From a virus (lineage: Duplodnaviria > Caudoviricetes): a DNA stretch of 54,354 bases. Shown piece by piece: positions 17,870 to 26,039 of the stretch (position 1 is its first letter; every line of letters begins with the position of its first letter). The stretch is from the IMG/VR virus record IMGVR_UViG_3300035180_000153, positions 1-54,354 of that record; one strand, 5' to 3'. The translations under genes and the position numbers were made by a program. The notes under the pieces are model-generated. The model had not been told where the DNA came from. It did no database searches and worked only from the letters and a program-made list of their open reading frames with translations.

Positions 17870-18601
17870 TTACTCCTTACATTCGGCGTTGTGCGTCACC
17901 GCCCGCAGTAGCTCGTAAGCTACTTGCGGAACTATTGCGTTACCGATGGCGCGGTATCTAGCCACCCTGTCGGGTATCCCATCAGCCACAAGGCAAATTC
18001 CGGGTTCAGTTTTTGCCCACCGTGCAGCGCCCCAACTTGCGCTGCAAGCGTCACCGTCTGCCCTTTTGCCTTCAACTTCCCTGCGTATTCCGGGTCTTTC
18101 GAGCGGGCCTGATTTATCATCCCTACCGTTGGCGTTCGCCACCACCCAAACCCGCTCCCGGATGTGTAAGGCTCCGACGGCACAAGCCGGAATAACAACC
18201 GCCCTCGCGGCGTAGTCGAGGTTTTCCAGGTCAGAGAGCACATCGTCGAGGCCCATCGTGATGTGACCAGCAACATTTTCAGATACCACCCAAGTTGGTC
18301 TTGCTTGCTCAATAATTCGGCGCATTTCCGGCCAGAGGTGACGGTCATCTTCTGTGCCTCTCCTTTTGCCAACAAGGCTGAATGGTTGGCACGGGTATCC
18401 ACCGGAAATAAGCTCGACGCCTCGAAACAATCGTCCATCTAAATCCCTCACATCGTTATGTATAGGCACACCAGGCCACCGTGCCGCCAGCACCGACTTA
18501 CAAAAATCATCTTTCTCACAGAATCCAACTGTTTCAAACCCTGCCCACTTCGCGGCTAGTGCAAAACCGCCGATTCCTGAAAAAATGTCTAGGTGTCTCA
18601 T
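17870..18601 (-). CDS. DNA cytosine-C5 methyltransferase (large subunit; lacks motif IX)
   Basis: Motifs I FSGIGG, IV GYPCQPFS, VI ENV, VIII RER, X GNAIVP. Confidence 0.92.
   Translation of the reverse strand: MRHLDIFSGIGGFALAAKWAGFETVGFCEKDDFCKSVLAARWPGVPIHNDVRDLDGRLFRGVELISGGYPCQPFSLVGKRRGTEDDRHLWPEMRRIIEQARPTWVVSENVAGHITMGLDDVLSDLENLDYAARAVVIPACAVGALHIRERVWVVANANGRDDKSGPLERPGIRREVEGKRADGDACSASWGAARWAKTEPGICLVADGIPDRVARYRAIGNAIVPQVAYELLRAVTHNAECKE
17932..18438 (-). CDS. Nested alternative-frame small subunit of the C5 methyltransferase (motif IX)
   Basis: LNPEFALWLMGYPTGW resembles motif IX; GAGGGA RBS; +1 frame inside the MTase gene. Confidence 0.7.
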   Translation of the reverse strand: MDDCFEASSLFPVDTRANHSALLAKGEAQKMTVTSGRKCAELLSKQDQLGWYLKMLLVTSRWASTMCSLTWKTSTTPRGRLLFRLVPSEPYTSGSGFGWWRTPTVGMINQARSKDPEYAGKLKAKGQTVTLAAQVGALHGGQKLNPEFALWLMGYPTGWLDTAPSVTQ

Positions 18602-18638
18602 AGTCAAAAACGCATAACACTGGTACGGCCATTCAACT

Positions 18639-19361
18639 TTATGCCCCAAACATCGCCGCTTGCCGTTGTGCATCCTCAACCCGCTGACAGGCCATATCAA
18701 AGTAGCGGGGTTCAATCTCAATGCCAACAAACCTACGCCCCAAACTTACTGCCGCCACCCCGGTAGTTCCGCTACCCATAAACGGATCGAGCGCAACGCC
18801 TCCAGGCTTCACGATCGAAGCAACTATCTTTTCCATCATCGGCAACCATTTTTGTGTTGGATGATCGCACTTTTCTTTTGATCTTATACCGTTGCGGTAG
18901 CTATCCGCTACAACAACATTGCAGCGTTTTGTGTCGGTATCTCCAAACCACGCGCCTGGCTTGTAGCCGTACATTGCAAGTTCAAACCCAGAAGGCCACC
19001 AGTTTCCCGGCATTGCAACAGGAGGGCATAATTTCACCTTTGCGAATGGCTTCGGTGTCATTCCTGCGCCACGCGCTGCCGCCGCAATCCCCGCGTATTG
19101 TTCGCAAGAACAAAAAACATGGAAAGATTGAGCAATTCCAAAAGCTAAAGATAAAGCCGGGATAACAACCGCGTCCGTTATGCCTTCCGTGTCAAAATGG
19201 AACTCCATACGCCTGGTTCCGTCAAAATCGCTCGTGCCAAACTTGTTGAGTATCTCGTATGGAGGATCTGCCACCACAGAGTCAACCGCTTCCAGTGTTG
19301 GCAATACATCTAGGCAATCCCCTAGGTAAAGTGTTGCAAGCCCTATTTTCTCAACTCTCAT
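18639..19361 (-). CDS. DNA N6-adenine/N4-cytosine methyltransferase (beta class)
   Basis: DPPY ... HPTQK ... DPFMGSGTTG. Confidence 0.9.
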   Translation of the reverse strand: MRVEKIGLATLYLGDCLDVLPTLEAVDSVVADPPYEILNKFGTSDFDGTRRMEFHFDTEGITDAVVIPALSLAFGIAQSFHVFCSCEQYAGIAAAARGAGMTPKPFAKVKLCPPVAMPGNWWPSGFELAMYGYKPGAWFGDTDTKRCNVVVADSYRNGIRSKEKCDHPTQKWLPMMEKIVASIVKPGGVALDPFMGSGTTGVAAVSLGRRFVGIEIEPRYFDMACQRVEDAQRQAAMFGA

Positions 19362-19560
19362 TACCGTCAATCATCTCGTTAACATTGGCATCGATTGCAC
19401 AGTCTATCCGATCCCGCACCCATCTAGCACCTCCCAAGAGGCGCAACTTCTCCCGCTGCGCCGCCGTCACCCGCAGGGAAAGCGTTACAGTCTGCTCTCC
19501 ATTTTTTATCGGCTTACGGCCCTGCCCACGGCCTGGGCCGCCTCGCTTTTTTTCTGCCAT
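19351..19560 (-). CDS. Small DNA-binding protein (GGxRxGxGRK, RHH-like)
   Basis: RGGPGRGQGRKP...LSLRVT...LGGARWVR. Confidence 0.65.
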   Translation of the reverse strand: MAEKKRGGPGRGQGRKPIKNGEQTVTLSLRVTAAQREKLRLLGGARWVRDRIDCAIDANVNEMIDGNES

Positions 19561-19608
19561 GCTTCTGGATTCCACTAATCGTTATTAGATGTTTATAGTA
19601 GCACAAAA

Positions 19609-20169
19609 TCAAACAACTCGCAAGCACTTTTTGGCGACTTCGGTTTGCGCGCGAACCTCCTTAGCTTTGTGCGTGTATTCCGCTTTAATGGCCTTGATTT
19701 CCTCAATGGTGTATTTCTTTGCCGCATGATTGCCTTCCAGCCATTCGACTCGATCAATTCCGATTCGCTCAATCAAGCCTCTCCGGTACTCGACAATATT
19801 CCCGCTTAGGTGATCGTTGCACGGAGCACACTGCTTATGTACGTTCAATTCATCGAACCTTAGCTCGGGGCATGCGCCTACACTTCTATAGTGTCCTGCG
19901 TGCCATTGTCCCTGATGTTGCCTGCCGCATGATATGCAAGGCTTGTCGTGATCGCGCATGCGAATGTACCGATTGAAAGCTGCTTGTGCTTCTTTTAGCC
20001 AATCTGCGCGGCTTTTCAGCTTATGTTTTGCCGCCCGGTGTTCCTTGCGAATCCGCTTCGCTTTGGCGGTTTCAGCCGCTATAACGGCGCACTCTAAACT
20101 GCATACGGATTGCAATGGCCTGACTGGCTGGAATGGTGCGCGGCAGACTGAGCATTTTTTCTGCCTCAT
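19609..20169 (-). CDS. ninG: NinG/Rap recombination endonuclease
   Basis: AQAAFNRYIR.RD, CISCG, HAGHYRS, N.H.QC..CN..LSGN. Confidence 0.9.
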   Translation of the reverse strand: MRQKKCSVCRAPFQPVRPLQSVCSLECAVIAAETAKAKRIRKEHRAAKHKLKSRADWLKEAQAAFNRYIRMRDHDKPCISCGRQHQGQWHAGHYRSVGACPELRFDELNVHKQCAPCNDHLSGNIVEYRRGLIERIGIDRVEWLEGNHAAKKYTIEEIKAIKAEYTHKAKEVRAQTEVAKKCLRVV

Positions 20170-20657
20170 ACTTCGCACCACAAAACCGTCAATCCACCAT
20201 CAGGAAGAGGATTACTAACCTCCGCAACAACCCTTACTACCTGTCTATCGTTATGCCATGCAACGCCTTTGAGCGCGTCTCTGACAGCTTCTATTGTGTC
20301 GATGTCGATTCTTGACTTGCTTGGCTGTCCGTCCTTTTTAGCCCTTGGGTGCAGCATGATGGTTAGCGATATCGGCTTGTCCGAAATCTTCACGCCAGCT
20401 TCTTTTGCTTTCGATGCGGCTTTGATCTTCCAATACCTTGATTCTGGTGACGGGCGACTGGTGCTGGGCGAGTAAGGCAAACTCAAAGATTGCATTGCTG
20501 GTATTTTTACCAGCTTCCTGAGCGTTTCCAGTTCGTCGATCACGGCATGGATCGCCATGCCGATTTCGCGCTGAGATGGAAGCGAGATTTCTTCGCCTCT
20601 GCGCCACTTGTTGAAATTACGCAAAACTTCAAGAGCGTCTTTGTCAATGTTGTTCAT
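20166..20657 (-). CDS. RusA-like resolvase, degenerate or fused
   Basis: LSLPYSPS...DID....DAL.G..W.NDRQV; conserved N/K/D positions altered. Confidence 0.55.
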   Translation of the reverse strand: MNNIDKDALEVLRNFNKWRRGEEISLPSQREIGMAIHAVIDELETLRKLVKIPAMQSLSLPYSPSTSRPSPESRYWKIKAASKAKEAGVKISDKPISLTIMLHPRAKKDGQPSKSRIDIDTIEAVRDALKGVAWHNDRQVVRVVAEVSNPLPDGGLTVLWCEV

Positions 20658-20660
20658 GCG

Positions 20661-21326
20661 TTATTCCCCAAACATTGCCAGTTGCGCAGTGGCCTGTTCA
20701 AAACGTTTTTTTGCTGCGTTGTAATAGTCTGTGTCAATCTCACAACCTACAAAATCAACACCAAAATAGTGCGCGGCTATCGCGCTACTGCCACTACCAA
20801 GGTGTGTATCAAGTATCCGCTGACCAGGTTTGGCGTAGTTCGTGAAAATCCATTCGTACAACTTTACGGGCTTTTGTGTTGGGTGTATCTTGCCTTTCTC
20901 AGCAAGCACTGAACGCCTCCACAGTTTTGCCGGAGTTTGTATGCTGCTCCATGCCAGTTCGCACATCGCCAAACTAAAATCATGGGGCTGCACCTTGTCC
21001 CATATCAAAAACCCTTGTGTCGCGCCAAGGTAGTCGAGGAAGTAGTTACCTCCCCAAATAATTTGATTACGGCTCGCGCGCATCAGTTCGGAAAAGTATT
21101 CTGCGTCTGGTGTCTCGTCATCCCAAGACTTTCTAGTATGCTGCTGTCGCACAGGTTTCGAGCTAATCCCAATCCCATAAGGCGGGTCAACACAAGAAAG
21201 ATCAAATTCTCCATCGTTGATATGTTTCATTACCTCCATGCAATCCGAGTTTATCAGCAAGACGTTTCCGCTTCTGTAATGAACAGGAAACAGCGCTTGC
21301 AGCCTGTCTTGAATTAAATCCGACAT
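20661..21326 (-). CDS. DNA N6-adenine/N4-cytosine methyltransferase (beta class)
   Basis: DPPYG, IWGGNYF, HPTQKP, DTHLGSGS. Confidence 0.9.
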   Translation of the reverse strand: MSDLIQDRLQALFPVHYRSGNVLLINSDCMEVMKHINDGEFDLSCVDPPYGIGISSKPVRQQHTRKSWDDETPDAEYFSELMRASRNQIIWGGNYFLDYLGATQGFLIWDKVQPHDFSLAMCELAWSSIQTPAKLWRRSVLAEKGKIHPTQKPVKLYEWIFTNYAKPGQRILDTHLGSGSSAIAAHYFGVDFVGCEIDTDYYNAAKKRFEQATAQLAMFGE

Positions 21327-21483
21327 AATCAATCCTCGTCGATAAGGCCGCGTCAGTCGACTGACTTTATGCTTTAGACGCCTCGATCTCGCCTGCCCAT
21401 TGCCTTGCGTCTGCTACGTAAAATATTAAATTTTTATTATTTGCTTTGTTATAAGCAAACTGTAGATGCACTATTACAGTGCT

Positions 21484-21939
21484 TTAACACTTATAATATT
21501 TTTTCGGGTCAGCGCTAAATTTAACCCCGCGTTCAATGCCGAACGTTTCGATTAGAATTATTAAATCATTCATTTCTTTTATGCTCATCTTGCTGGTTCT
21601 TCTTCCTAAAATAACAAACCCTGTTCCTTGTATGTTTGGAACAACTTTAGACTGAACAAGTCCCGCTGTAAGAAGATCTTTGAATTCCTCATCAGAAAGC
21701 TTTATCCCATGCCAATCTGTTTGTTTCGCAATATCGCCTAACAAAACCCACATAAGCGCATTTTGCTCAAGGCTCCTGGTACGCTTCTTAGGCGTCCAAG
21801 TCAACTCACCGGCCAGGCCGTCATCCAGTGCTGCGGTAGCTGCATCCCATACTTTTCGGAATGCAGCGCTCGCCATCGCTGGCGCGGTGATTACCTCGCA
21901 AACCTGCTCGTGGATGATGGTTTCGTTTCCTAAAATCAA
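21484..21939 (-). CDS. ninB: NinB/Orf recombination protein
   Basis: RSLEQNALMW..L.DIA.Q..W.G, G.RTSKMS..EM..LI. Confidence 0.88.
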   Translation of the reverse strand: MILGNETIIHEQVCEVITAPAMASAAFRKVWDAATAALDDGLAGELTWTPKKRTRSLEQNALMWVLLGDIAKQTDWHGIKLSDEEFKDLLTAGLVQSKVVPNIQGTGFVILGRRTSKMSIKEMNDLIILIETFGIERGVKFSADPKKYYKC

Positions 21940-22254
21940 TCAAGACCTCAATCTATCGGCCACGCGGGTTGCGTATCCTGCAATATCCACCCATGAATCA
22001 TCATAGTTAGGATCGCCGCACAAGATTCTGCTGATCTTGTGCGCATTCATTTCCAATGCCTCTTTCATGTCGGCATCCAGCGATTCCCAATTCGGGCCGC
22101 TTCGCATTACAGCCTTAAGTGCTTGTGACAATTTTGCGTTGTCCGCGAATGCGCCATACCTTGATCCACGAAGAGCAAGCAGCGGATCGGAGTGTTGTCC
22201 TGGGTTAAGTGGATCGTACGTTTCTACCTGGTGTTGTTGTTCGGCGGCGTTCAT
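21940..22254 (-). CDS. DUF6378-like (nucleotide-modification-associated helical) protein
   Basis: RG..YG.F ... KISRI..GD....DSWVDIAGYA. Confidence 0.7.
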   Translation of the reverse strand: MNAAEQQHQVETYDPLNPGQHSDPLLALRGSRYGAFADNAKLSQALKAVMRSGPNWESLDADMKEALEMNAHKISRILCGDPNYDDSWVDIAGYATRVADRLRS

Positions 22255-22255
22255 C

Positions 22256-22567
22256 TCAGTAAATTTCCCTCACTCTTGGCACTTTTCGTAGGTTGTTAAA
22301 TCCATCCGTGATCGAGCGCTTTTTATCGCGTCGGTTTATGCCTTTTCGGATCGCCTGGTAATCATAACCTGCCACTTCGCAACACCACCGGAACGACCAC
22401 GGCTCGTCTTCATCGTGGTTTATCCATGAGGATGCGTCTTCCCATAAATTGTTTTCGGTACTTCCTTTCTTTGCATTACTGAATTTCTCGTAATCGTCGA
22501 TAGATAGAACAAGCACCTGAACGACCAGGTTCACGTAGTTTTGTAGTTCATCACCTGATGCGGCCAT
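22256..22567 (-). CDS. Hypothetical protein
   Basis: TAATG coupling; DA..W....SF.WCC pattern. Confidence 0.6.
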   Translation of the reverse strand: MAASGDELQNYVNLVVQVLVLSIDDYEKFSNAKKGSTENNLWEDASSWINHDEDEPWSFRWCCEVAGYDYQAIRKGINRRDKKRSITDGFNNLRKVPRVREIY

Positions 22568-23250
22568 TATGCGGACACCCCCAATGCTTCTTTTGCGAAC
22601 GCTATCGAGATTGCGGGGTACACGGCTGGCGATTCTAGAATATTCCTTGCCCACGCTTTCGGCTCTTTCCGTTTTGGATCGAGGCCCAACTCCTTCACTC
22701 TCATAGCGGCCTCTTCCTTGCTAATTGATTGTTTCCCTGGGGCGGGTAATGCCTCTCGGCTCGGAGGTATCTCTGGCAGTTCACCGTCTTCCAGTAATTC
22801 GTCAATCGCTTTCGTCCATCGGTTTTTCATCTTAGCGTACGGATCGTTTCGCACCTCGAACGATCCGACATATTGTGTCGCCCAATACGCAAGCTTGTTT
22901 TCCCACTTCCCCGTTGAGACGCTTACCGCCGCGCCAGCAAACAAGTTTTCGTAATCAATAGGCGGCTTGCATGCTTTGATAAATTCGGGAAGGCTTGGAG
23001 GCCAATCGTATCTTTTCCTGCAGGCCTTGAGTCCTACCGCAATGTCTTGCGGCGTGATGCGCTCATCCTCGAATGCCTCGGCCCAAGATTCGCGCCAGTT
23101 CTGGATACTTGTTGCGCTGGGGAAATTAGCCTTCCAGCGCTGTGGATACATGCCCTCCATGCGGTTGTAGAGGTGATCCATGAGGCTAATTCCAAGTACT
23201 GCATGGACTTCAAGCCACACGCCGCGCCTCCCCGTTGATAAATCCATCAT
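22567..23250 (-). CDS. Replication protein P-like (helicase loader)
   Basis: GL.AC....WPPSLPEF...C; follows the initiator gene. Confidence 0.7.
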   Translation of the reverse strand: MMDLSTGRRGVWLEVHAVLGISLMDHLYNRMEGMYPQRWKANFPSATSIQNWRESWAEAFEDERITPQDIAVGLKACRKRYDWPPSLPEFIKACKPPIDYENLFAGAAVSVSTGKWENKLAYWATQYVGSFEVRNDPYAKMKNRWTKAIDELLEDGELPEIPPSREALPAPGKQSISKEEAAMRVKELGLDPKRKEPKAWARNILESPAVYPAISIAFAKEALGVSA

Positions 23251-23968
23251 TTCCTCCGCCAGTTGATTTCCTGCCCCTGTTTACAAACTCAGTTGGGTCG
23301 AACTTTTCCTGTTTCGCAGGTGATGCCCTGGCTGTTTGTCGTCGAACCCAATTCCTCCAAGTTGCAGGCCAATCCTGCTTTTTACCCTTCGCGCCAGGAA
23401 CTGAAATCCAGTAATCGCGGAATTCGTCAGCAATGTCCCTGACGTTCAAGTCCGGGCGTTTCGTTTTGCAAAATGCAATATCGTCGTCGGATGGTTCCCA
23501 ATCTGCTGGCAAGCGCGAAGCGATTGCACAGTGTTTTTGATCTTTCTTAGTGACGGTTGTGGTTAAAGTGACGGTTGTAGTTAGTGGTGATTCATGTCCG
23601 GCAGATTCTGCCGCTGGGTTTGGAAAAATCTGCCGCTGGGTTTTGGCAGATTCTGCCGCTGGCAGATTCTGCCGCTGGCAGATTTTGCCGCTGGGAACAG
23701 CCCCAATATTCAGCTTAAAAAGGTCGGTGGTAAATGATCCATTTACTCTTTTACGAGAAACTCTTGAGATAATTCCCAAACTCTCAAGTGTTGCAAGATG
23801 GGTGCGAATTGCGCGTTCGCATAGGCATGTTTTGATAGCCACTGCCTTCTGGCTTGGGTAAGCCTCTCCGGATTCATTGGAGTAGTTAGCAAGCGCCAAC
23901 AACGTAAGTTTCGCGCCAGGGCTTGGTAGTTCTAGATTAAAAGCCCATGAAAGTGCTTCGATGCTCAT
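23210..23968 (-). CDS. Replication initiator (lambda O-like, N-terminal wHTH)
   Basis: KLTLLALANY....AYPSQ..A..T..ER.IR..L..LE; C-terminal F.DYW...DW.ATWRNW; internal iterons. Confidence 0.85.
   Translation of the reverse strand: MSIEALSWAFNLELPSPGAKLTLLALANYSNESGEAYPSQKAVAIKTCLCERAIRTHLATLESLGIISRVSRKRVNGSFTTDLFKLNIGAVPSGKICQRQNLPAAESAKTQRQIFPNPAAESAGHESPLTTTVTLTTTVTKKDQKHCAIASRLPADWEPSDDDIAFCKTKRPDLNVRDIADEFRDYWISVPGAKGKKQDWPATWRNWVRRQTARASPAKQEKFDPTEFVNRGRKSTGGGNDGFINGEARRVA
23600..23694. repeat. Iterons, probable replication origin
   Basis: Five copies of (GGCAGATT)CTGCCGCTGG with internal palindrome GGCAG-ATT-CTGCC. Confidence 0.8.
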
Positions 23969-24387
23969 TTTTCCACCCTCAAACGTGATTTGTTATCAAC
24001 GTAAGCCTTGATTTTCTCGATTGCGCGTCGAAGTGTTAAATCGGCTTTTTTTGGTGTAACCCATTTTCCGTTGAACCGAACTGTTCTGACAATCATGTTT
24101 GCAAAATCAATGTCATTTCCATCAGGCGTATAGTGATCTGCAATAATCGCGTAAGAATAGCGACTAGGCGGGAAGTGTGTCGCGTCACAAAGCCGTTGGA
24201 TAGCGAGCATCTGCCCATGTTGGACAACCGCACCTCCAAATTTTCCCTCAACCAAAACAAACAGCTTGTCCCCGAAATCCAGAAATGCGTCTATGTCTGT
24301 TGGTGTTATATTACCCCACCGTAGTCCGCTCATATCGGCAACTTGATTCTTTAGTGCTCGATTTTTAATAACCCCACGATCAACCAT
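23965..24387 (-). CDS. Putative PD-(D/E)XK nuclease-fold protein
   Basis: PTDID...LVEGK...GQ pattern. Confidence 0.5.
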   Translation of the reverse strand: MVDRGVIKNRALKNQVADMSGLRWGNITPTDIDAFLDFGDKLFVLVEGKFGGAVVQHGQMLAIQRLCDATHFPPSRYSYAIIADHYTPDGNDIDFANMIVRTVRFNGKWVTPKKADLTLRRAIEKIKAYVDNKSRLRVEK

Positions 24388-25453
24388 TGACGAGAACCTT
24401 ACCTTCAGTCTCGAAGGCTTCTTTGAATGCGGATACATTCTTGCCCATGTAAATGATTGCCTGGCCCTGCAATGGAGCACCAGGATTGCCATCCGGGTCG
24501 AGAAACCTGATACGGGCTTTTGGAAAGCAAACAGCGGATGCCGACGATAACATGCGCTGGAACCACTGCGTTTCCGTTGCGTTGTTCACCAGGATGCAAG
24601 CCTGATCTATCTCTCCCGATTCGTACTTGATCGAAACAGCCTCCGCAAAGTCGGTGATGAGTGGTTGCGCATAAGGGGGATTCATCCAAACTCGCCCGCG
24701 CCACTTCTGCTTCCTGCCATCTTCTTCTGCCGTATAAATCAATTCGGCTTTTACTGTTCGGTTTGCGATATCTGATGTTGCTGGATCGGTGTCAATTCCG
24801 CCCATGACTGCGCGCGCCATATCAATATGGCGTTGTGGCGTGTACCATTCGTTGTTGCCTGAATTGTTGGCGACATGAGCGCGTACAACCTCCTTTGCGA
24901 CTGCCCTCATTTCTTCTACTGGAGCAGATTCTACTATCTCCCTTTCGTCATCAGGAAGGCAGACTACCTGGGCGGAAAGATGCGCAGATATGTCGCCGGA
25001 CTTCATTGCCGCGAATATCTCTGGCGATTCTTCTTTAACTTTTTCCGCTGTTGCGACCGACCTTGTCGATACGTTTAGCAGGGCGGCGGCTTCGGTTTTC
25101 GAAACGAGGGTCTGCAAATTTGCAGACCCTCCATGTTGATTATCGCCAAGTCGCATATTCGCCAACTCAGCGGCAATGGCACTCCGTTGTGTTGCGTCCA
25201 GGTGGCGACGCTTAAGGTTCATCGACACAACAAAACCGCGAGGGTCTGATCCCGTATACTCACGGAATACAGGCGTTACGCTAGTTTCCTGGCAGGCGAA
25301 GTACCGATGCCTGCCATCCAGCACTTTGCCTTCGTATAACCATATCGGCTCAAGCAAACCGTTGGTTTTTATGTCTGTCTTGAGCGCCGCGAATTCTTCA
25401 CCAGGCATTCGCGGGAATATGTCGGCCAATTCGTGTATTTGATAGTGTGTCAC
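24380..25453 (-). CDS. ParB-like domain fused to a phage Dam-type adenine methyltransferase
   Basis: N-terminal GLLEPI...LDGRHRY; C-terminal NEWYTP, DPA, WMNPPY, RIRF. Confidence 0.85.
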   Translation of the reverse strand: MTHYQIHELADIFPRMPGEEFAALKTDIKTNGLLEPIWLYEGKVLDGRHRYFACQETSVTPVFREYTGSDPRGFVVSMNLKRRHLDATQRSAIAAELANMRLGDNQHGGSANLQTLVSKTEAAALLNVSTRSVATAEKVKEESPEIFAAMKSGDISAHLSAQVVCLPDDEREIVESAPVEEMRAVAKEVVRAHVANNSGNNEWYTPQRHIDMARAVMGGIDTDPATSDIANRTVKAELIYTAEEDGRKQKWRGRVWMNPPYAQPLITDFAEAVSIKYESGEIDQACILVNNATETQWFQRMLSSASAVCFPKARIRFLDPDGNPGAPLQGQAIIYMGKNVSAFKEAFETEGKVLVNG

Positions 25454-25644
25454 TTGGATTTCCTGGCCTTCGCTAGGAAGATTTTTGGGAAATCCAGCTT
25501 AATACGGGCCGGGATGCCGCGCCTTTTCCAGTTATTAACCCGCTGTGTCCCGATTTCCTTTGGAAAACCAAGCATGCGAGATACCTTTGTTGAACCGCCA
25601 AGGCGATCAATCGTTTCTGCGTCTTTTTTAATTTGTTCATTCAT
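25450..25644 (-). CDS. cro: Cro-like HTH repressor
   Basis: IDRLGGSTKVSRMLG....QRV.NW..RGIP; first gene of the replication operon. Confidence 0.8.
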   Translation of the reverse strand: MNEQIKKDAETIDRLGGSTKVSRMLGFPKEIGTQRVNNWKRRGIPARIKLDFPKIFLAKARKSK

Positions 25645-25651
25645 GCGTATA

Positions 25652-25680
25652 ATAATAAACGCCGTGTTTGTGAAAGTCAA
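25652..25680 (-). promoter_or_regulatory. pR-like promoter, probably giving a leaderless cro mRNA
   Basis: TTGACT-17-TATTAT, then 7 nt to the ATG; contains operator-like AAACGCCGTGTTT. Confidence 0.7.
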
Positions 25681-25703
25681 TATTGTTTTTCCAGTGCGGG
25701 GTA

Positions 25704-25732
25704 TTGACTTGAATATGAACATCGTGTTTAAT
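25704..25732 (+). promoter_or_regulatory. pL-like promoter
   Basis: TTGACT-17-TTTAAT; contains operator-like GAACATCGTGTTT. Confidence 0.7.
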
Positions 25733-25887
25733 GTATCCCATGCCGCAAACAAAATAGCGGCCACAGAACAAGCGCACTACCGGAAATTTCCAGTCTTTTA
25801 GGAAACAGCCCACGGGTAGCCAGTCCGACAGGCGACAAAGCGCGAAGATTGCAAGGGTAACGGCTCTCCTTATGAGTCGTGACGATG

Positions 25888-26021
25888 CCGGAGAGACGGG
25901 GAACACCGTAGCAAATTGGGCTGTGTGAATCCCGCCCAGCACCCCGCGAGACGGGAAGATGCGGGTAAAAAAGCACCGCAACGATGGCGAAATATTCGTG
26001 ACAGCCCGGAGAGACGGGCGC
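25888..26021 (+). repeat. Three repeated hairpins in the early leader
   Basis: CCG-GAGAGA-CGG, CCCG-CGAGA-CGGG, GCCCG-GAGAGA-CGGGC. Confidence 0.6.
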
Positions 26022-26039
26022 CGACATAAGGAGAATAAA

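Noticed and set aside
19575-19588. CTAAT-CGTT-ATTAG palindrome upstream of the small DNA-binding gene
   Set aside because: Could be an autoregulatory operator, but it is a single short copy and may be chance
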